From the NCBI GenBank assembly GCA_021324885.1, contig JAJPIF010000022.1:198659-262658 (forward strand): a stretch of DNA of 64,000 nt, read 5' to 3'. The notes beneath the pieces are model-generated. The model did not search any database and was not told where the DNA came from. It worked only from the letters and a program-made list of their open reading frames with translations. Source of the stretch: Pseudomonadota bacterium. Lineage in GTDB: Bacteria > Desulfobacterota > Binatia > Binatales > Binataceae. Made by a program: the position numbers and the translations under genes. How positions within the stretch are numbered: position 1 is the stretch's first letter; each line of letters opens with the position of its first letter. Positions 20,375-29,931 of the stretch are shown here, one piece after another.

Positions 20375-20803
20375 ATGATCACCAACTTTAAACGGGTGCT
20401 CTGTCCGGTGCAGTTCGATCAAAATTCCAACGCCGCCCTGACGATCGCCAGGGATATCGTGAAGCAAAATCACGGCAAACTGATCGTGCTCAACGTGGTG
20501 TCGCCGTATGTCGATCCAACGCGCGTGGGCGGCGCCGCGATGGCGGCTCACGATGAGAAACTGGCTGAACAGGAACTGGCCCGAATCAGGCGCGACATGC
20601 TGAGCGACGTCGAGCACGAGACGGTGCTCCGGATCGGCAACCCGGCCGAGGAAATAATCAAGGCCGAACACGACTACGGCGCCGACCTGGTCGTGATGGC
20701 AACGCACGGTCGCACCGGGGTGGCCCATCTGGTGCTGGGCAGTGTCGCCGAGCGCGTCGTACGCGAATCCACGTGCCCGGTTCTGACCATCCGGCCAAAG
20801 TAG
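20375..20803 (+). CDS. universal stress protein (UspA family)
   Basis: 142 aa; C-terminal ...VMATHGRTG...LGSVAERVVRESTCPVLTI... ATP-binding Usp motif. Confidence 0.85.
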   Translation: MITNFKRVLCPVQFDQNSNAALTIARDIVKQNHGKLIVLNVVSPYVDPTRVGGAAMAAHDEKLAEQELARIRRDMLSDVEHETVLRIGNPAEEIIKAEHDYGADLVVMATHGRTGVAHLVLGSVAERVVRESTCPVLTIRPK

Positions 20804-20816
20804 TTTTGAGCGCGGT

Positions 20817-21740
20817 TCAGGATCGGCCTGAATCGCGGTCAAGCAGCCGCATCAGCGCATAGATCGCCTCGCTGGCCGGCACCTTGATGCCGTGCCGGCG
20901 TGCGATCCTTACCACCACGCCGATCAACGCCTCCACTTCCAGGGGCTTGCCGCGCTGCAGATCCTGGAGGGTGGAAGTCCGCAGCGGGCGCAAATTTTTG
21001 TTGCTGTGCGCCATTACCTGCGCGATGCGCTCGCCGGACAGTTCGACCCCGTCGGCCGCGGCCACCGCGCGCACTTCTTCCATCAAAGTCCGGATCAAGG
21101 CATAGCCTTCGGGATCGTCAAGCACTTCGCCGACGGTGGTATGGGTCAGCGTGGTCACGGTGTTGAACGCCGCGTTCCACATCAGCTTGTCCCATCGCGA
21201 GGCGCGGATATTGGTGCTCAATTCGCCGAAAATTCCGGCCCGCCGCATTGCCTCGGCGATGGCGCCGGCGCGCGGCGTGATGCGCCCGTCGAGTTCGCCG
21301 AATTCGATGGTGCCGGTGGTATTGTGCACCAGCTTTCCGGGTTCAACCAATTCCACTCCGATTCGCGCGTTCCCGCCCATCACGGCGCCGGCGCCGAAAA
21401 GCTCGGCCAGCCGCGCTTCGTTCTCGACGCCGTTTTGCAGCGTCATGATTGCGCCACCTGGCGCCAGGCATCCCTTGAGCGCGGCGGCTGCCGGCTCTGT
21501 GTCATATACTTTGACGCAAAACAATATCAGGTCGTAGGGCGCATGCTGGCGCGGATCGGCAGTGGCCGTCACCTTGTCGAGTCTCAGATCGCCGCGGATG
21601 CTGCGGATGTCGATACCCCGCTCCTGCATCGCGCGAAGATTGTCGCCCCGCGCGCAGTATACGACATCCTCACCCGCCTCCTGCAGCCGCGCGCCATAGT
21701 AGGCGCCGATTGCGCCGGCCCCCATCACCAGGATTTTCAT
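20817..21740 (-). CDS. panE: 2-dehydropantoate 2-reductase (ketopantoate reductase, ApbA/PanE family)
   Basis: MKILVMGAGAIGAYYGARL Rossmann N-terminus; family length 307 aa. Confidence 0.8.
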   Translation of the reverse strand: MKILVMGAGAIGAYYGARLQEAGEDVVYCARGDNLRAMQERGIDIRSIRGDLRLDKVTATADPRQHAPYDLILFCVKVYDTEPAAAALKGCLAPGGAIMTLQNGVENEARLAELFGAGAVMGGNARIGVELVEPGKLVHNTTGTIEFGELDGRITPRAGAIAEAMRRAGIFGELSTNIRASRWDKLMWNAAFNTVTTLTHTTVGEVLDDPEGYALIRTLMEEVRAVAAADGVELSGERIAQVMAHSNKNLRPLRTSTLQDLQRGKPLEVEALIGVVVRIARRHGIKVPASEAIYALMRLLDRDSGRS

Positions 21741-22089
21741 GCTGTGATGCTCCCTTTAATTGCTCCCACGCGGTCCGATGATTCCACGGATATCCCCCCG
21801 TGCCCCGCTTAGCGACGGTTTCGGTCAACGAAAATCGCAGGTTTAGCCGCCCGAATCCATCGGGAGCGTCGGTCTTCCCTCACCCCGCGGACAACCGTCT
21901 CTGATAGCAGGGCGGGCCGCTATGACCGTCGCGGTGGTGATGGCGAGCGATGCTCCACGCCGGATCCGGCCCAGCAATTGCGGTTGTTAACAATGAATCT
22001 GGGCAGATTTGGCAACTTCGATCCGGCTCCGCTAATGTTGTGGAGTCTGAATTTCGCGATTAGCGCCAACGGGAATCGACGCATCTTCT

Positions 22090-22953
22090 ATGAAAGCTTC
22101 AGCCGAGGCGATACCATCGGCACGCACTGCTGAGTTCTCGCAGGCCTCCGGTGAGCAGATCCCGGCACGGCTGAGACCCCCGCTCAAATGGGCGGGCGGC
22201 AAACGCTGGCTAGTACCGCACGTGCTTGTTTTGTGGCGGCCCCATAGCCGTCGCCGGCTGGTTGAACCTTTTTGTGGAGGACTGGCGGTAACGTTCGGCC
22301 TGATGCCGAAGCAGGCCTTGCTCAATGACATCAATCCTCACGTACTCAATTTCTACCGATGGCTCAAGCGCGGCCTGACCATCTCCCTGCCGATGGCCAA
22401 CGACGAGCGCCTGTACTATCGACACCGCGAGCGCTTCAATCGGCTTCTCGAACAGGGAAAGGGAGATGGCGCGGAAGCTGCCGGACTGTTCTACTATCTC
22501 AACCGTACCGGCTACAATGGCCTATGCCGGTTCAACAGCAAAGGCCTTTTCAACGTACCCTTCGGCCGCTATAGCAGAATCACTTACATCCGTGACTTCA
22601 CCGCTTACCAGGCGCTGTTCGCAAACTGGCAACTGATTCAGACCGACTTTGAAGCGATCCCACTGGAGCGCGAAGATTTCATCTACGCCGATCCCCCCTA
22701 TGATGTGGAGTTCCGCCATTACTCAAAGCAGGGCTTCAGTTGGGAGGGACAGGTGCGGGCGGCGCGATGGCTGGCGCGTCATGATGGTCCGGTGGTGCTG
22801 TCAAATCAGGCCACAGATCGGATCGTTGAACTATATGAGAGTCTCGGCTTCAATCTGAAATATCTTGAGGCGCCGCGTCTTATCAACTGCACCGGCGACC
22901 GCACGCCGGCGCGCGAAGTGCTGGCTACCCGCAATCTCCAGGCGGCGCTGTGA
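22090..22953 (+). CDS. dam: orphan DNA adenine methyltransferase, Dam family (alpha-class N6-MTase, probably GATC-specific)
   Basis: LKWAGGKR, EPFCGG (motif I), NDINPHVLNFY, YLNRTGYNGLCRFN and DPPY (motif IV), colinear with E. coli Dam. No adjacent restriction endonuclease. N-terminal about 30 aa may be over-extension. Confidence 0.85.
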   Translation: MKASAEAIPSARTAEFSQASGEQIPARLRPPLKWAGGKRWLVPHVLVLWRPHSRRRLVEPFCGGLAVTFGLMPKQALLNDINPHVLNFYRWLKRGLTISLPMANDERLYYRHRERFNRLLEQGKGDGAEAAGLFYYLNRTGYNGLCRFNSKGLFNVPFGRYSRITYIRDFTAYQALFANWQLIQTDFEAIPLEREDFIYADPPYDVEFRHYSKQGFSWEGQVRAARWLARHDGPVVLSNQATDRIVELYESLGFNLKYLEAPRLINCTGDRTPAREVLATRNLQAAL

Positions 22954-23272
22954 GCGGCCCTTAGGCCGACCACGGCAGCTTCCAAGAGAGGCGGCTCGAC
23001 GGAGACGATCGAACCTCCCCTTGGAGCTTTACCATTTCGAAGACGACTTTCGCCCGAATCAGGGCGGGCGCTGGCAACCGGCCTATTTTGATGGAAGTCG
23101 CGCCCAGGGTGCTGCAACACGTGGTGCGCTGCGGCACCGGCCGCTGGATCGCGGCGCCGATCCAGGAGCTCATTTCCCTTCCGTTGGCGCCGCCGATGCT
23201 TTAGCATCCGCTTCGGCGCATCTCTATCTGACCCCTCCCAGGAGGGTTCGATAGCAGCTCGGAGGTCCGGCT

Positions 23273-24067
23273 ATGGATTACAGTGAATACAAAAGTCTCG
23301 CGTTCAAGCGCTTCGAGGACGGCGTGCTCCAGGTAACGCTCAATCGCCCTGAGGTATTGAACGCCACCGACGCCCGGATGCATTGGGAAATCGCTCAGGT
23401 CTGGAAGGACATCGACGCTGACCAACAGGTTAAGGTTGTGCTGGTGACCGGTGCGGGACGCGCCTTTTCAGTCGGCGGCGACAACAACATGCTCGCGCAA
23501 ACCTTGGGAGACGCCGAAAAAATCGCCGGGCTGTGGCGCGAAGCGAGCGATATTGTTTACAACATGATCAACCTGGACAAACCGATCATCTCGGCGATCA
23601 ACGGGCCCGCCTTCGGCGCCGGTCTGGCGGTAGCGCTGCTCGCCGATATCAGTATCGTGGCTGAAAACGTGCGGTTTACCGACGGCCACGTCATCCTCGG
23701 AGTCGCCGCCGGTGATCACGCCGTGATCATCTGGCCGCTGCTGTGCGGGATGGCCAAGGCGAAATACTATCTGCTGACGGGCGAGATGCTCGACGGCAGG
23801 GAAGCAGAGCGTATCGGGCTGGTCAGCATGTGCGTTGCCTCCGGGCAATTGCTGGACAAAGCCCTGGAGGTAGCGCACAAACTGGCGGCAGGACCGCAGC
23901 AGGCATTGCGCTGGACCAAGCGGTCGCTGAACAATTGGCTGCGGATGGCCGGGCCCAGTTTCGACACCTCATTGGCGTTGGAGATGCTCGGGTTCTTTTC
24001 GGCGGATATAAAGGAGGGCAACGCGGCACTGAAGGAAAAGCGTCCGCCGCGGTTCGTGTCGCGTTAG
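23273..24067 (+). CDS. enoyl-CoA hydratase/isomerase family protein
   Basis: 264 aa; crotonase fold ([11 protein letters not shown]..., ...[10 protein letters not shown]...). Confidence 0.85.
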   Translation: MDYSEYKSLAFKRFEDGVLQVTLNRPEVLNATDARMHWEIAQVWKDIDADQQVKVVLVTGAGRAFSVGGDNNMLAQTLGDAEKIAGLWREASDIVYNMINLDKPIISAINGPAFGAGLAVALLADISIVAENVRFTDGHVILGVAAGDHAVIIWPLLCGMAKAKYYLLTGEMLDGREAERIGLVSMCVASGQLLDKALEVAHKLAAGPQQALRWTKRSLNNWLRMAGPSFDTSLALEMLGFFSADIKEGNAALKEKRPPRFVSR

Positions 24068-24192
24068 GCAGGCTCCGGAATTCGGTTATGGGGTCTTTTT
24101 GGAGTGATCGTACCGGATCATTGCCGTAAAGCGACTATTTTGCGATACTCACCGCGATTTTAAAATCTGGTCCCTTAGGGAGGAAACGGTAA

Positions 24193-24486
24193 ATGAGGAG
24201 AATCAAGGTGGCAGTGGGCGGGTTTGCGGTAGCCGTGATGCTCGGCGCGATGCTCCCGGCATCGGGCGCGCTGGCAGCCAGGCACAAAGTCGACTGCGCC
24301 AAAGTCATGGACGAGGTGAATGCCGGCAAAAAGGTCAAGGAAGTAGCGGCAGACCTGCACATCTCCAGATCCAGCGTTCGCCGCTGCATCAAGAAGTCCA
24401 AGACCGAGGCCGGCTCGATGGCGAGTCCGGCCGCGGAGTCCAGTCCGAAGGCGCCGGCTCCCGCTGAAAGCCCGGCAGCCCACTGA
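24193..24486 (+). CDS. small exported/membrane-anchored protein with HTH-like motif and Pro/Ala/Ser-rich tail
   Basis: GGGAGG RBS. N-terminal signal peptide (AVGGFAVAVMLGAMLPASGALA), then VKEVAADLHISRSSVRRCIKK resembling a resolvase/transposase-type HTH. Confidence 0.5.
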   Translation: MRRIKVAVGGFAVAVMLGAMLPASGALAARHKVDCAKVMDEVNAGKKVKEVAADLHISRSSVRRCIKKSKTEAGSMASPAAESSPKAPAPAESPAAH

Positions 24487-24565
24487 GAGCTTTGTTAGGC
24501 TGATTCCTCTTTCTTGACTCCTGTGGTGTGGGGGTTGCAGACGGAGGAAAGAAGCCATTTCTGAC

Positions 24566-24650
24566 GCAGGGTGTTGAGGTCTGATCCAACATCCTCAGCA
24601 CCCTGCGGTACAACGAACGGCTGGAATCCTGAGTTAAAACACCAGGATTC
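24566..24650 (+). ncRNA. structured RNA element: 14-bp hairpin plus 8-bp hairpin (unknown function; possible sRNA or 5'UTR element)
   Basis: GCAGGGTGTTGAGG-N13-CCTCAGCACCCTGC (one G-U) at 24566..24606. GAATCCTG-N11-CAGGATTC at 24624..24650. No U-tract, so not an obvious terminator. Confidence 0.3.
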
Positions 24651-24788
24651 GGCTCTGCCCGCTTATCTCACGCGCCAGGAAAAAACCGCGCGAGCCAAGC
24701 TTGCGCTGACCTTGAAGGGCTTGCATTGCCGAGCCGGTTGGCGGCGGTTTGCATGCGCCCTCTGCCTGGTTGAGATAGATTGCCTACT

Positions 24789-25079
24789 ATGAGCAAATGC
24801 GACCTTTGCGAACTGCGCGATTACACCCAGCGCTATTGCGAATTCAGCTATCCTTTCAAGTTCACGATTCTCGATTGTGACTCCTGCGATACGCCGATGG
24901 CGGTGCTCGGGGAGCATCGGCGGGAGGCCACGGCAGACGAAAAGAAGTTGATGGTGGAGGTTCTCTCGGTGGTGGCGGGGGCGAAATGGGGTCCGGACGG
25001 GTTTTTTATCGACGATGTGATGCGCCAGATTCCCGACCATTGCCATATCCATGCTCGTCGCATTTGGCGTATGCGTTGA
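24789..25079 (+). CDS. miniature HIT-like protein (CxxC zinc motif plus HxHxHxx histidine-triad-like motif)
   Basis: N-terminal CDLC (compare CIFC of HINT) and C-terminal DHCHIHARRI matching H-phi-H-phi-H-phi-phi. About 96 aa, shorter than canonical HIT proteins. Confidence 0.4.
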   Translation: MSKCDLCELRDYTQRYCEFSYPFKFTILDCDSCDTPMAVLGEHRREATADEKKLMVEVLSVVAGAKWGPDGFFIDDVMRQIPDHCHIHARRIWRMR

Positions 25080-25135
25080 GTTGTGCGCGGATACTTTCTT
25101 TTAGCTGGCTCTCGCGGAAAAAGTGCCGTTTTGTT

Positions 25136-25164
25136 TTGAATTGGCCGCACGTATGTGATATAGG
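25136..25164 (+). promoter_or_regulatory. candidate sigma-70 promoter for csp (-35 TTGAAT, 17-nt spacer, TGn-extended -10 TATAGG)
   Basis: Motifs read directly; would give about 75-nt 5'UTR typical of cold-shock genes. Confidence 0.3.
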
Positions 25165-25248
25165 CGTTCGATGTTATCCTTTTGGTGCTATTTTTAACAA
25201 TGGTGCCCAGAGGTGGGGTTTTTGATTGCCCCGGGAGGTTGGTTTTCG

Positions 25249-25452
25249 ATGGCAAGCGGCACGGTCAAGTGGTTCAGTCCCAAAAAGGGCTACGGCTTCA
25301 TCACGATGGAGGACGGACAGGACGTCTTTGTGCATTACAGCGCAATTACCGGCAATGGCTTTCGCTCGCTGGAAGAGGGCGAGAGGGTCGACTTCGAGGT
25401 GACGCAGGGGCCTAAGGGCCTCCAGGCGGCAAACGTATCGCGTAATGGTTGA
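25249..25452 (+). CDS. cold-shock protein, CspA family
   Basis: [18 protein letters not shown]...[11 protein letters not shown]-1/RNP-2 motifs; 67 aa; GGGAGG RBS. Confidence 0.9.
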   Translation: MASGTVKWFSPKKGYGFITMEDGQDVFVHYSAITGNGFRSLEEGERVDFEVTQGPKGLQAANVSRNG

Positions 25453-25826
25453 GGACGCGGCTAAAGGTAATTAGCGCATCGCGATCGGATCTTCTTCAGG
25501 CGCATTTCCCCAGGTTTTCGCCATGCAACACTAACGGTCCCGACCTTGCGGCGCTGTCATCGCAACTTGAAGCCAAGGTGGTCCGCATGGGCGACCGGTG
25601 GATGGTGCGAGAACTCCGGCAAACAACCACGATTATCGTCGATTCAAGCGGGCCTGAACTCTGACCGCCAAGGAATATTATCGCGCGCGGCATGGGAGCT
25701 TGATTGGGCTGCTTTGCCATTCAGCCTGACGCCGCCTGCCTCAGCAAGGCAGGACATTTCCTTGTGCTGTCACCCATGCGAGCGCCCGTATCGGATCGAT
25801 TTTTCAGTAAGGCGGCCCGTACGCAC

Positions 25827-26837
25827 TTAGCCGAAATCCAGGCTGAGTTGAGTAATTGGGCGGGCCGGCGCCGATTTCGGATTTCCCGAGCGGCAGTATC
25901 CATACTTGAGTTTGATCCGCTCCACCATCGATGTGATCTGCCGATTGTACGCTCGCGGGCCATACGTCGACGAGCCGTACAAATTGTTCATCCGTTCCGA
26001 GAGTCCGGGAAAATGTCCCGCGATGAACGGTAGGAAGCGTCGGGCGGCCGCCGCCTTCAGAAACAGGGTGCGGAAATGGACATCCGCGGCGTCGTGCCGG
26101 CGGGCGGCCGCGATCACGTTCTCAACCGCTGCAGGAGCGTCGGTAAGCCCGGGAATCATCGGCATCATCAGGATATTGCACCGTATTCCGGCGCTACCCA
26201 GTATGCTCATCGCGCGCAGGCGGAGTTCCGGACGGGGCGCGCGCGGCTCCAGGATTCGTTGGAGACGCCGATTGAGCGTGATCAGCGAAAAGTTGACCGA
26301 CAACTCAGATTGCTGGTTGATCGTCGTGAGTAGATCGAGGTCCCGAACTATCAGGGCTGATTTTGTCGTGATAGATAGCCGGATGCCGCCGATTTTCGCG
26401 AACACCTGCAGCATCGAACGCGTAAGCTCGTACATGCGCTCAGCCGGTTGATACGGATCCGTCGCTGTCCCAATTGCGATCGCGTCGTGGCCGATTGGGG
26501 TGCGCGCCAGCGTCCGCTCCAGCACTTCGGCGGCATGCCGCTTGATGAAGATGCGCCGTTCGAAGTCCATCGGATCGCGTAGTTCCAGGAATTCGTGGGT
26601 GTAACGCGCATAGCAGTAAACGCAGCCGAACTCGCATCCGCGATAGGGATTGATCGTCCAGGCAAACGGCATCTGCGGATTGCTGCACCGGTTGAGAATC
26701 TGCTTTACGCCCATCTCAACGAACTCGACCCCGCGCCGCGATTCGGCGATCCGCTCTTCGGGTTCGAACAACAGCGATGGTGCTGTAAGATTCATGGCGT
26801 TTTCGCTATTCTTTCGCTCTAACGTCCGGACTGTCAA
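25827..26837 (-). CDS. radical SAM protein, SplB-like (COG1533 'DNA repair photolyase' / PA0069 family)
   Basis: CEFGCVYC (CxxxCxxC) cluster motif preceded by NPYRGC. Start ambiguous (TTG 26837 or ATG 26795). Confidence 0.7.
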   Translation of the reverse strand: MTVRTLERKNSENAMNLTAPSLLFEPEERIAESRRGVEFVEMGVKQILNRCSNPQMPFAWTINPYRGCEFGCVYCYARYTHEFLELRDPMDFERRIFIKRHAAEVLERTLARTPIGHDAIAIGTATDPYQPAERMYELTRSMLQVFAKIGGIRLSITTKSALIVRDLDLLTTINQQSELSVNFSLITLNRRLQRILEPRAPRPELRLRAMSILGSAGIRCNILMMPMIPGLTDAPAAVENVIAAARRHDAADVHFRTLFLKAAAARRFLPFIAGHFPGLSERMNNLYGSSTYGPRAYNRQITSMVERIKLKYGYCRSGNPKSAPARPITQLSLDFG

Positions 26838-26905
26838 GGGATTGCGGCTGGCCCCATGAGCCCATGCGCGCCTCCAAGTTTCCTTAAAACAAACAAGCGA
26901 TTAAT

Positions 26906-28498
26906 TTGGTCCGGTTGGCAGCCGTCACAGAAATCGACACCCCTGAATTCACAGCCAATCAGCATCGATGGCTAATCGCGATCGCCGTGATGCTGGGGAC
27001 CGTGCTCGAGATGATCGACACCTCGATCGTCAATGTCGCGCTGCCTCATATGCAGGGCAGTTTCTCGGCAAGCGTCGATGAAATCACGTGGGTGGTAACC
27101 AGCTACCTGGTCGCCAACGGCATCATGATTCCGCTGACCGGATGGATCTCCGCGCGGTTCGGGCGCAAGCGCTATTTCCTGTTTTCGGTGACCGCCTTCG
27201 TGGTGGCGTCGGCCTGCTGTGGAGCGGCCCAGTCGCTGGATCAAATCGTATTATTCCGGCTGGTTCAGGGTTTCGCTGGCGCTGCGATGGTACCGTCTTC
27301 GCAGGCAATCATGATGGAAACCTTTCCGCCTGAAGAGCAGCAACTGGCGATGGCGACGTGGTCGATGGGCCTGATGGTGGCTCCGGTGCTGGGGCCGACC
27401 ATGGGAGGTTGGATCACCGACAACTTCTCGTGGCGCTGGAACTTCTATATCAACGTGCCAATCGGAATCGTGGCCATCCTGATGGTTTCGACCTTCCTGG
27501 AAGACCCGTCTTATCTCCGGCCCAGGCGCGGCGGCCGCATCGACTACCTGGGAATCGCGATGCTGGCGGTGGGACTTGGCCTGATGCAGCTGGTGTGTGA
27601 CCGCGGCCAGCGTGCGGATTGGTTCTCCTCGCCCTGGGTCGTATACGCGACGGTCGGTTCGATATTGGCCACTGTTATTTTCACCTGGCGGGAGCTTACC
27701 TTTCCAGACCCGGTGGTGGATGTGCGAATCCTGTTCAATCCCATGTTCTCGGCGGTCGTGGTGCTGGTCGTGGTCTTCAGTTTCGCCGTCTACGGCGCCA
27801 ATCTGCTCAACCCGATCTTCCTCCAGGAATTCATGGGCTACACTGCGCTGAAAGCCGGTTTGACGCTTTCACCCAGAGCACTCGCCTCGTTTTGCGCGCT
27901 AATCCTGGTCGGGCAGTTGGCTCGATTTGGCGTCAATACCCGCCCGCTGATCGGCGTCGCCTTCATTGCGATGGGTGTATCGACCTGGCTGATGTCGCAT
28001 TGGACGCTCTCTGTCGGGCCCTGGCAGGTGATCGGGCCGGTGATGCTCAATGGCGTGGGTGGCGGACTGCTGGGACCGCAGCTCTCCGCCATTTCCCTGA
28101 CGACGGTGCCGCGGGAACGGATGGGCTACGCGTCAAGCCTGTTCAATATGATGCGCAATACGGGAGCTGCTGTCGGAATCTCGATCCTGACCAGCATGCT
28201 GGTGGCCAAAGAGCAGATCCATCAGGCGCGGCTGGTCGAGCATTTCTCGGTGTTCGACGCGTGGCGGCTCAGCGAGACGGCGCCACGGATGCCTGGAAGC
28301 CCGGTTTTTCATTTCCTCTCGCAAACCGACGGTTCCCGTCAGGGGTTGGCCATGATCTATGGGATGATCCAGTCGCAGGCGGCTATCCTGGCCTTCAACG
28401 ATATCTACCGGATGCTGTCGATGCTGGCGGTTTTGGTGCTGCCCATTTACCTGGTTGTGCGCAAGGCCCCGATGAGCACCGCGTCGGCCGGCCATTAG
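26906..28498 (+). CDS. MFS transporter, DHA2 family, paralog of 11087..12730
   Basis: About 75% identity to the first pump through the N-terminal half (LDTSIVNVALPHMQGSFSASVDEITW...). Confidence 0.85.
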   Translation: MVRLAAVTEIDTPEFTANQHRWLIAIAVMLGTVLEMIDTSIVNVALPHMQGSFSASVDEITWVVTSYLVANGIMIPLTGWISARFGRKRYFLFSVTAFVVASACCGAAQSLDQIVLFRLVQGFAGAAMVPSSQAIMMETFPPEEQQLAMATWSMGLMVAPVLGPTMGGWITDNFSWRWNFYINVPIGIVAILMVSTFLEDPSYLRPRRGGRIDYLGIAMLAVGLGLMQLVCDRGQRADWFSSPWVVYATVGSILATVIFTWRELTFPDPVVDVRILFNPMFSAVVVLVVVFSFAVYGANLLNPIFLQEFMGYTALKAGLTLSPRALASFCALILVGQLARFGVNTRPLIGVAFIAMGVSTWLMSHWTLSVGPWQVIGPVMLNGVGGGLLGPQLSAISLTTVPRERMGYASSLFNMMRNTGAAVGISILTSMLVAKEQIHQARLVEHFSVFDAWRLSETAPRMPGSPVFHFLSQTDGSRQGLAMIYGMIQSQAAILAFNDIYRMLSMLAVLVLPIYLVVRKAPMSTASAGH

Positions 28499-28514
28499 TT
28501 GGCCGCGGGCTCCG

Positions 28515-29174
28515 TCACTTGCCCAGACGTGCCGCAAGCTGCTGATTTTTCATGCGCAGATCGGTCATCAGGGAATCAAAGCTATGATTGTCCAGGACGT
28601 GATCAAACTGGGTCCGATAATTGGATGTGATACCGACACCATCAACTGACAGATCATAGATTTTCCATTGGCCATTGTCGCGGTGCAGCATAAAGATCAA
28701 TCGATCCGGCTCGTCTGCGTTGCCCACCCATTTGCTCCACACCTCACTCTTGCCCGGGCCGTCGAGCTTCTCGCGGACGAAAATTACCTTCTGCCCTGAA
28801 TAATCCTGAATTTTGCCGAGGTAGGCATTTTCGATGAAATCCTTAAAAAGCCTGGTGAAATCGTTGCGCTGCTCAGGGGTGAGTTGGCTCCAATGGTAGT
28901 CGAGCGTGGAATGAGCCATGCTCTCGAAGTCGAGATGAGCATCCGCGAGCGCCCGCAGTTTCTCGCGCTTTTCCGTAAGCGAAAGGTGCGGGTCGCGAAG
29001 CACGCCGAGGGCGCCGTCCACCAGCGCTTTGGTCGCAACCATTGGATCGCCCGAAGCCACCGCAAGCTGGGTCGCCGTGGCGCTTTGTGCTGGTGCGATG
29101 AACGCGACCAGCAAAAGACAGGCGGCGACGGCAAGACAGACGCGCACGCCAATCAAACCAGATCTGCAACGCAT
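28515..29174 (-). CDS. MlaC/Ttg2D-family (toluene-tolerance, phospholipid-binding) periplasmic protein, orphan
   Basis: Signal peptide, Tgt2/MlaC-like fold motifs; GGAGG RBS before MRCRSG start. Confidence 0.6.
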   Translation of the reverse strand: MRCRSGLIGVRVCLAVAACLLLVAFIAPAQSATATQLAVASGDPMVATKALVDGALGVLRDPHLSLTEKREKLRALADAHLDFESMAHSTLDYHWSQLTPEQRNDFTRLFKDFIENAYLGKIQDYSGQKVIFVREKLDGPGKSEVWSKWVGNADEPDRLIFMLHRDNGQWKIYDLSVDGVGITSNYRTQFDHVLDNHSFDSLMTDLRMKNQQLAARLGK

Positions 29175-29388
29175 AGATACCTCCCCCGAGACCTCCTGGT
29201 CCAAAGTTCTTCCCGCCGGCAATCTCACCTACAAGCTTACCCTTTTCGCGGGAAAGCTGCCTGATTTTTGCCAATGGCGCCGGCGGCCGTACCAAAGCCG
29301 AAGACAATGAGCGCAGCATCGGCCCCAGTTGCGAAAAATTCCCGGCAGTTGCACAATCGATTCACGATTTAGAGGGAGGATGAGCGCG

Positions 29389-29814
29389 ATGCCGTCGAGC
29401 TGCCAGCGCTGCGGAGCCACTTTGGTTACAGGTGCTTCCACCTGCAGTTCCTGCGGCGCGCCCGTTATCTCAACGATGCAACAGAATAACGTAATTGCCG
29501 CCCTTTGCTATGTCGGGTTTGCCATCACCGGAATCATTTTCCTGCTGGTCGAGCCCTACAACCACGACGACTATGTGCGTTATCACGCGCGCCAATCGAT
29601 CGCGTTTACCGTCGCCTGGATCGCGTTTTCGATCGTGATGGGCGTTTTTACCGCGGTGCTGCCGGGCCCGTTGTCGCGTCTATTCCTCTTCCTGACCAGA
29701 CTTGGCGACCTTGGCCTGGCGATATTGTGGGCATTCCTCATCTACCAGGCTTATGTTGGCAATCGCTTCCGGGTCCCCTACCTGACCGACTGGGCCGAAG
29801 CTGTCCCCTTCTGA
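29389..29814 (+). CDS. Zn-ribbon plus DUF4870-type membrane protein
   Basis: CQRCG...CSSCG ribbon, then two TM helices with IAALCYVG...HARQS motif; GGGAGG RBS. Confidence 0.5.
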   Translation: MPSSCQRCGATLVTGASTCSSCGAPVISTMQQNNVIAALCYVGFAITGIIFLLVEPYNHDDYVRYHARQSIAFTVAWIAFSIVMGVFTAVLPGPLSRLFLFLTRLGDLGLAILWAFLIYQAYVGNRFRVPYLTDWAEAVPF

Positions 29815-29931
29815 TTTGGCGCGAAGACCGGTTCTTTCACGAGCGGGAAACGGAATACCTACCGCGTCGTTCAGGTGAAACGTGGGTCAAACACCTTCTT
29901 GGGGTCCGATATAAGGTTGCGCCGAAACGGT

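Noticed and set aside
20892-21812. 306-aa plus-strand ORF overlapping panE
   Set aside because: Antisense shadow ORF with biased composition; panE has a clear Rossmann N-terminus on the other strand
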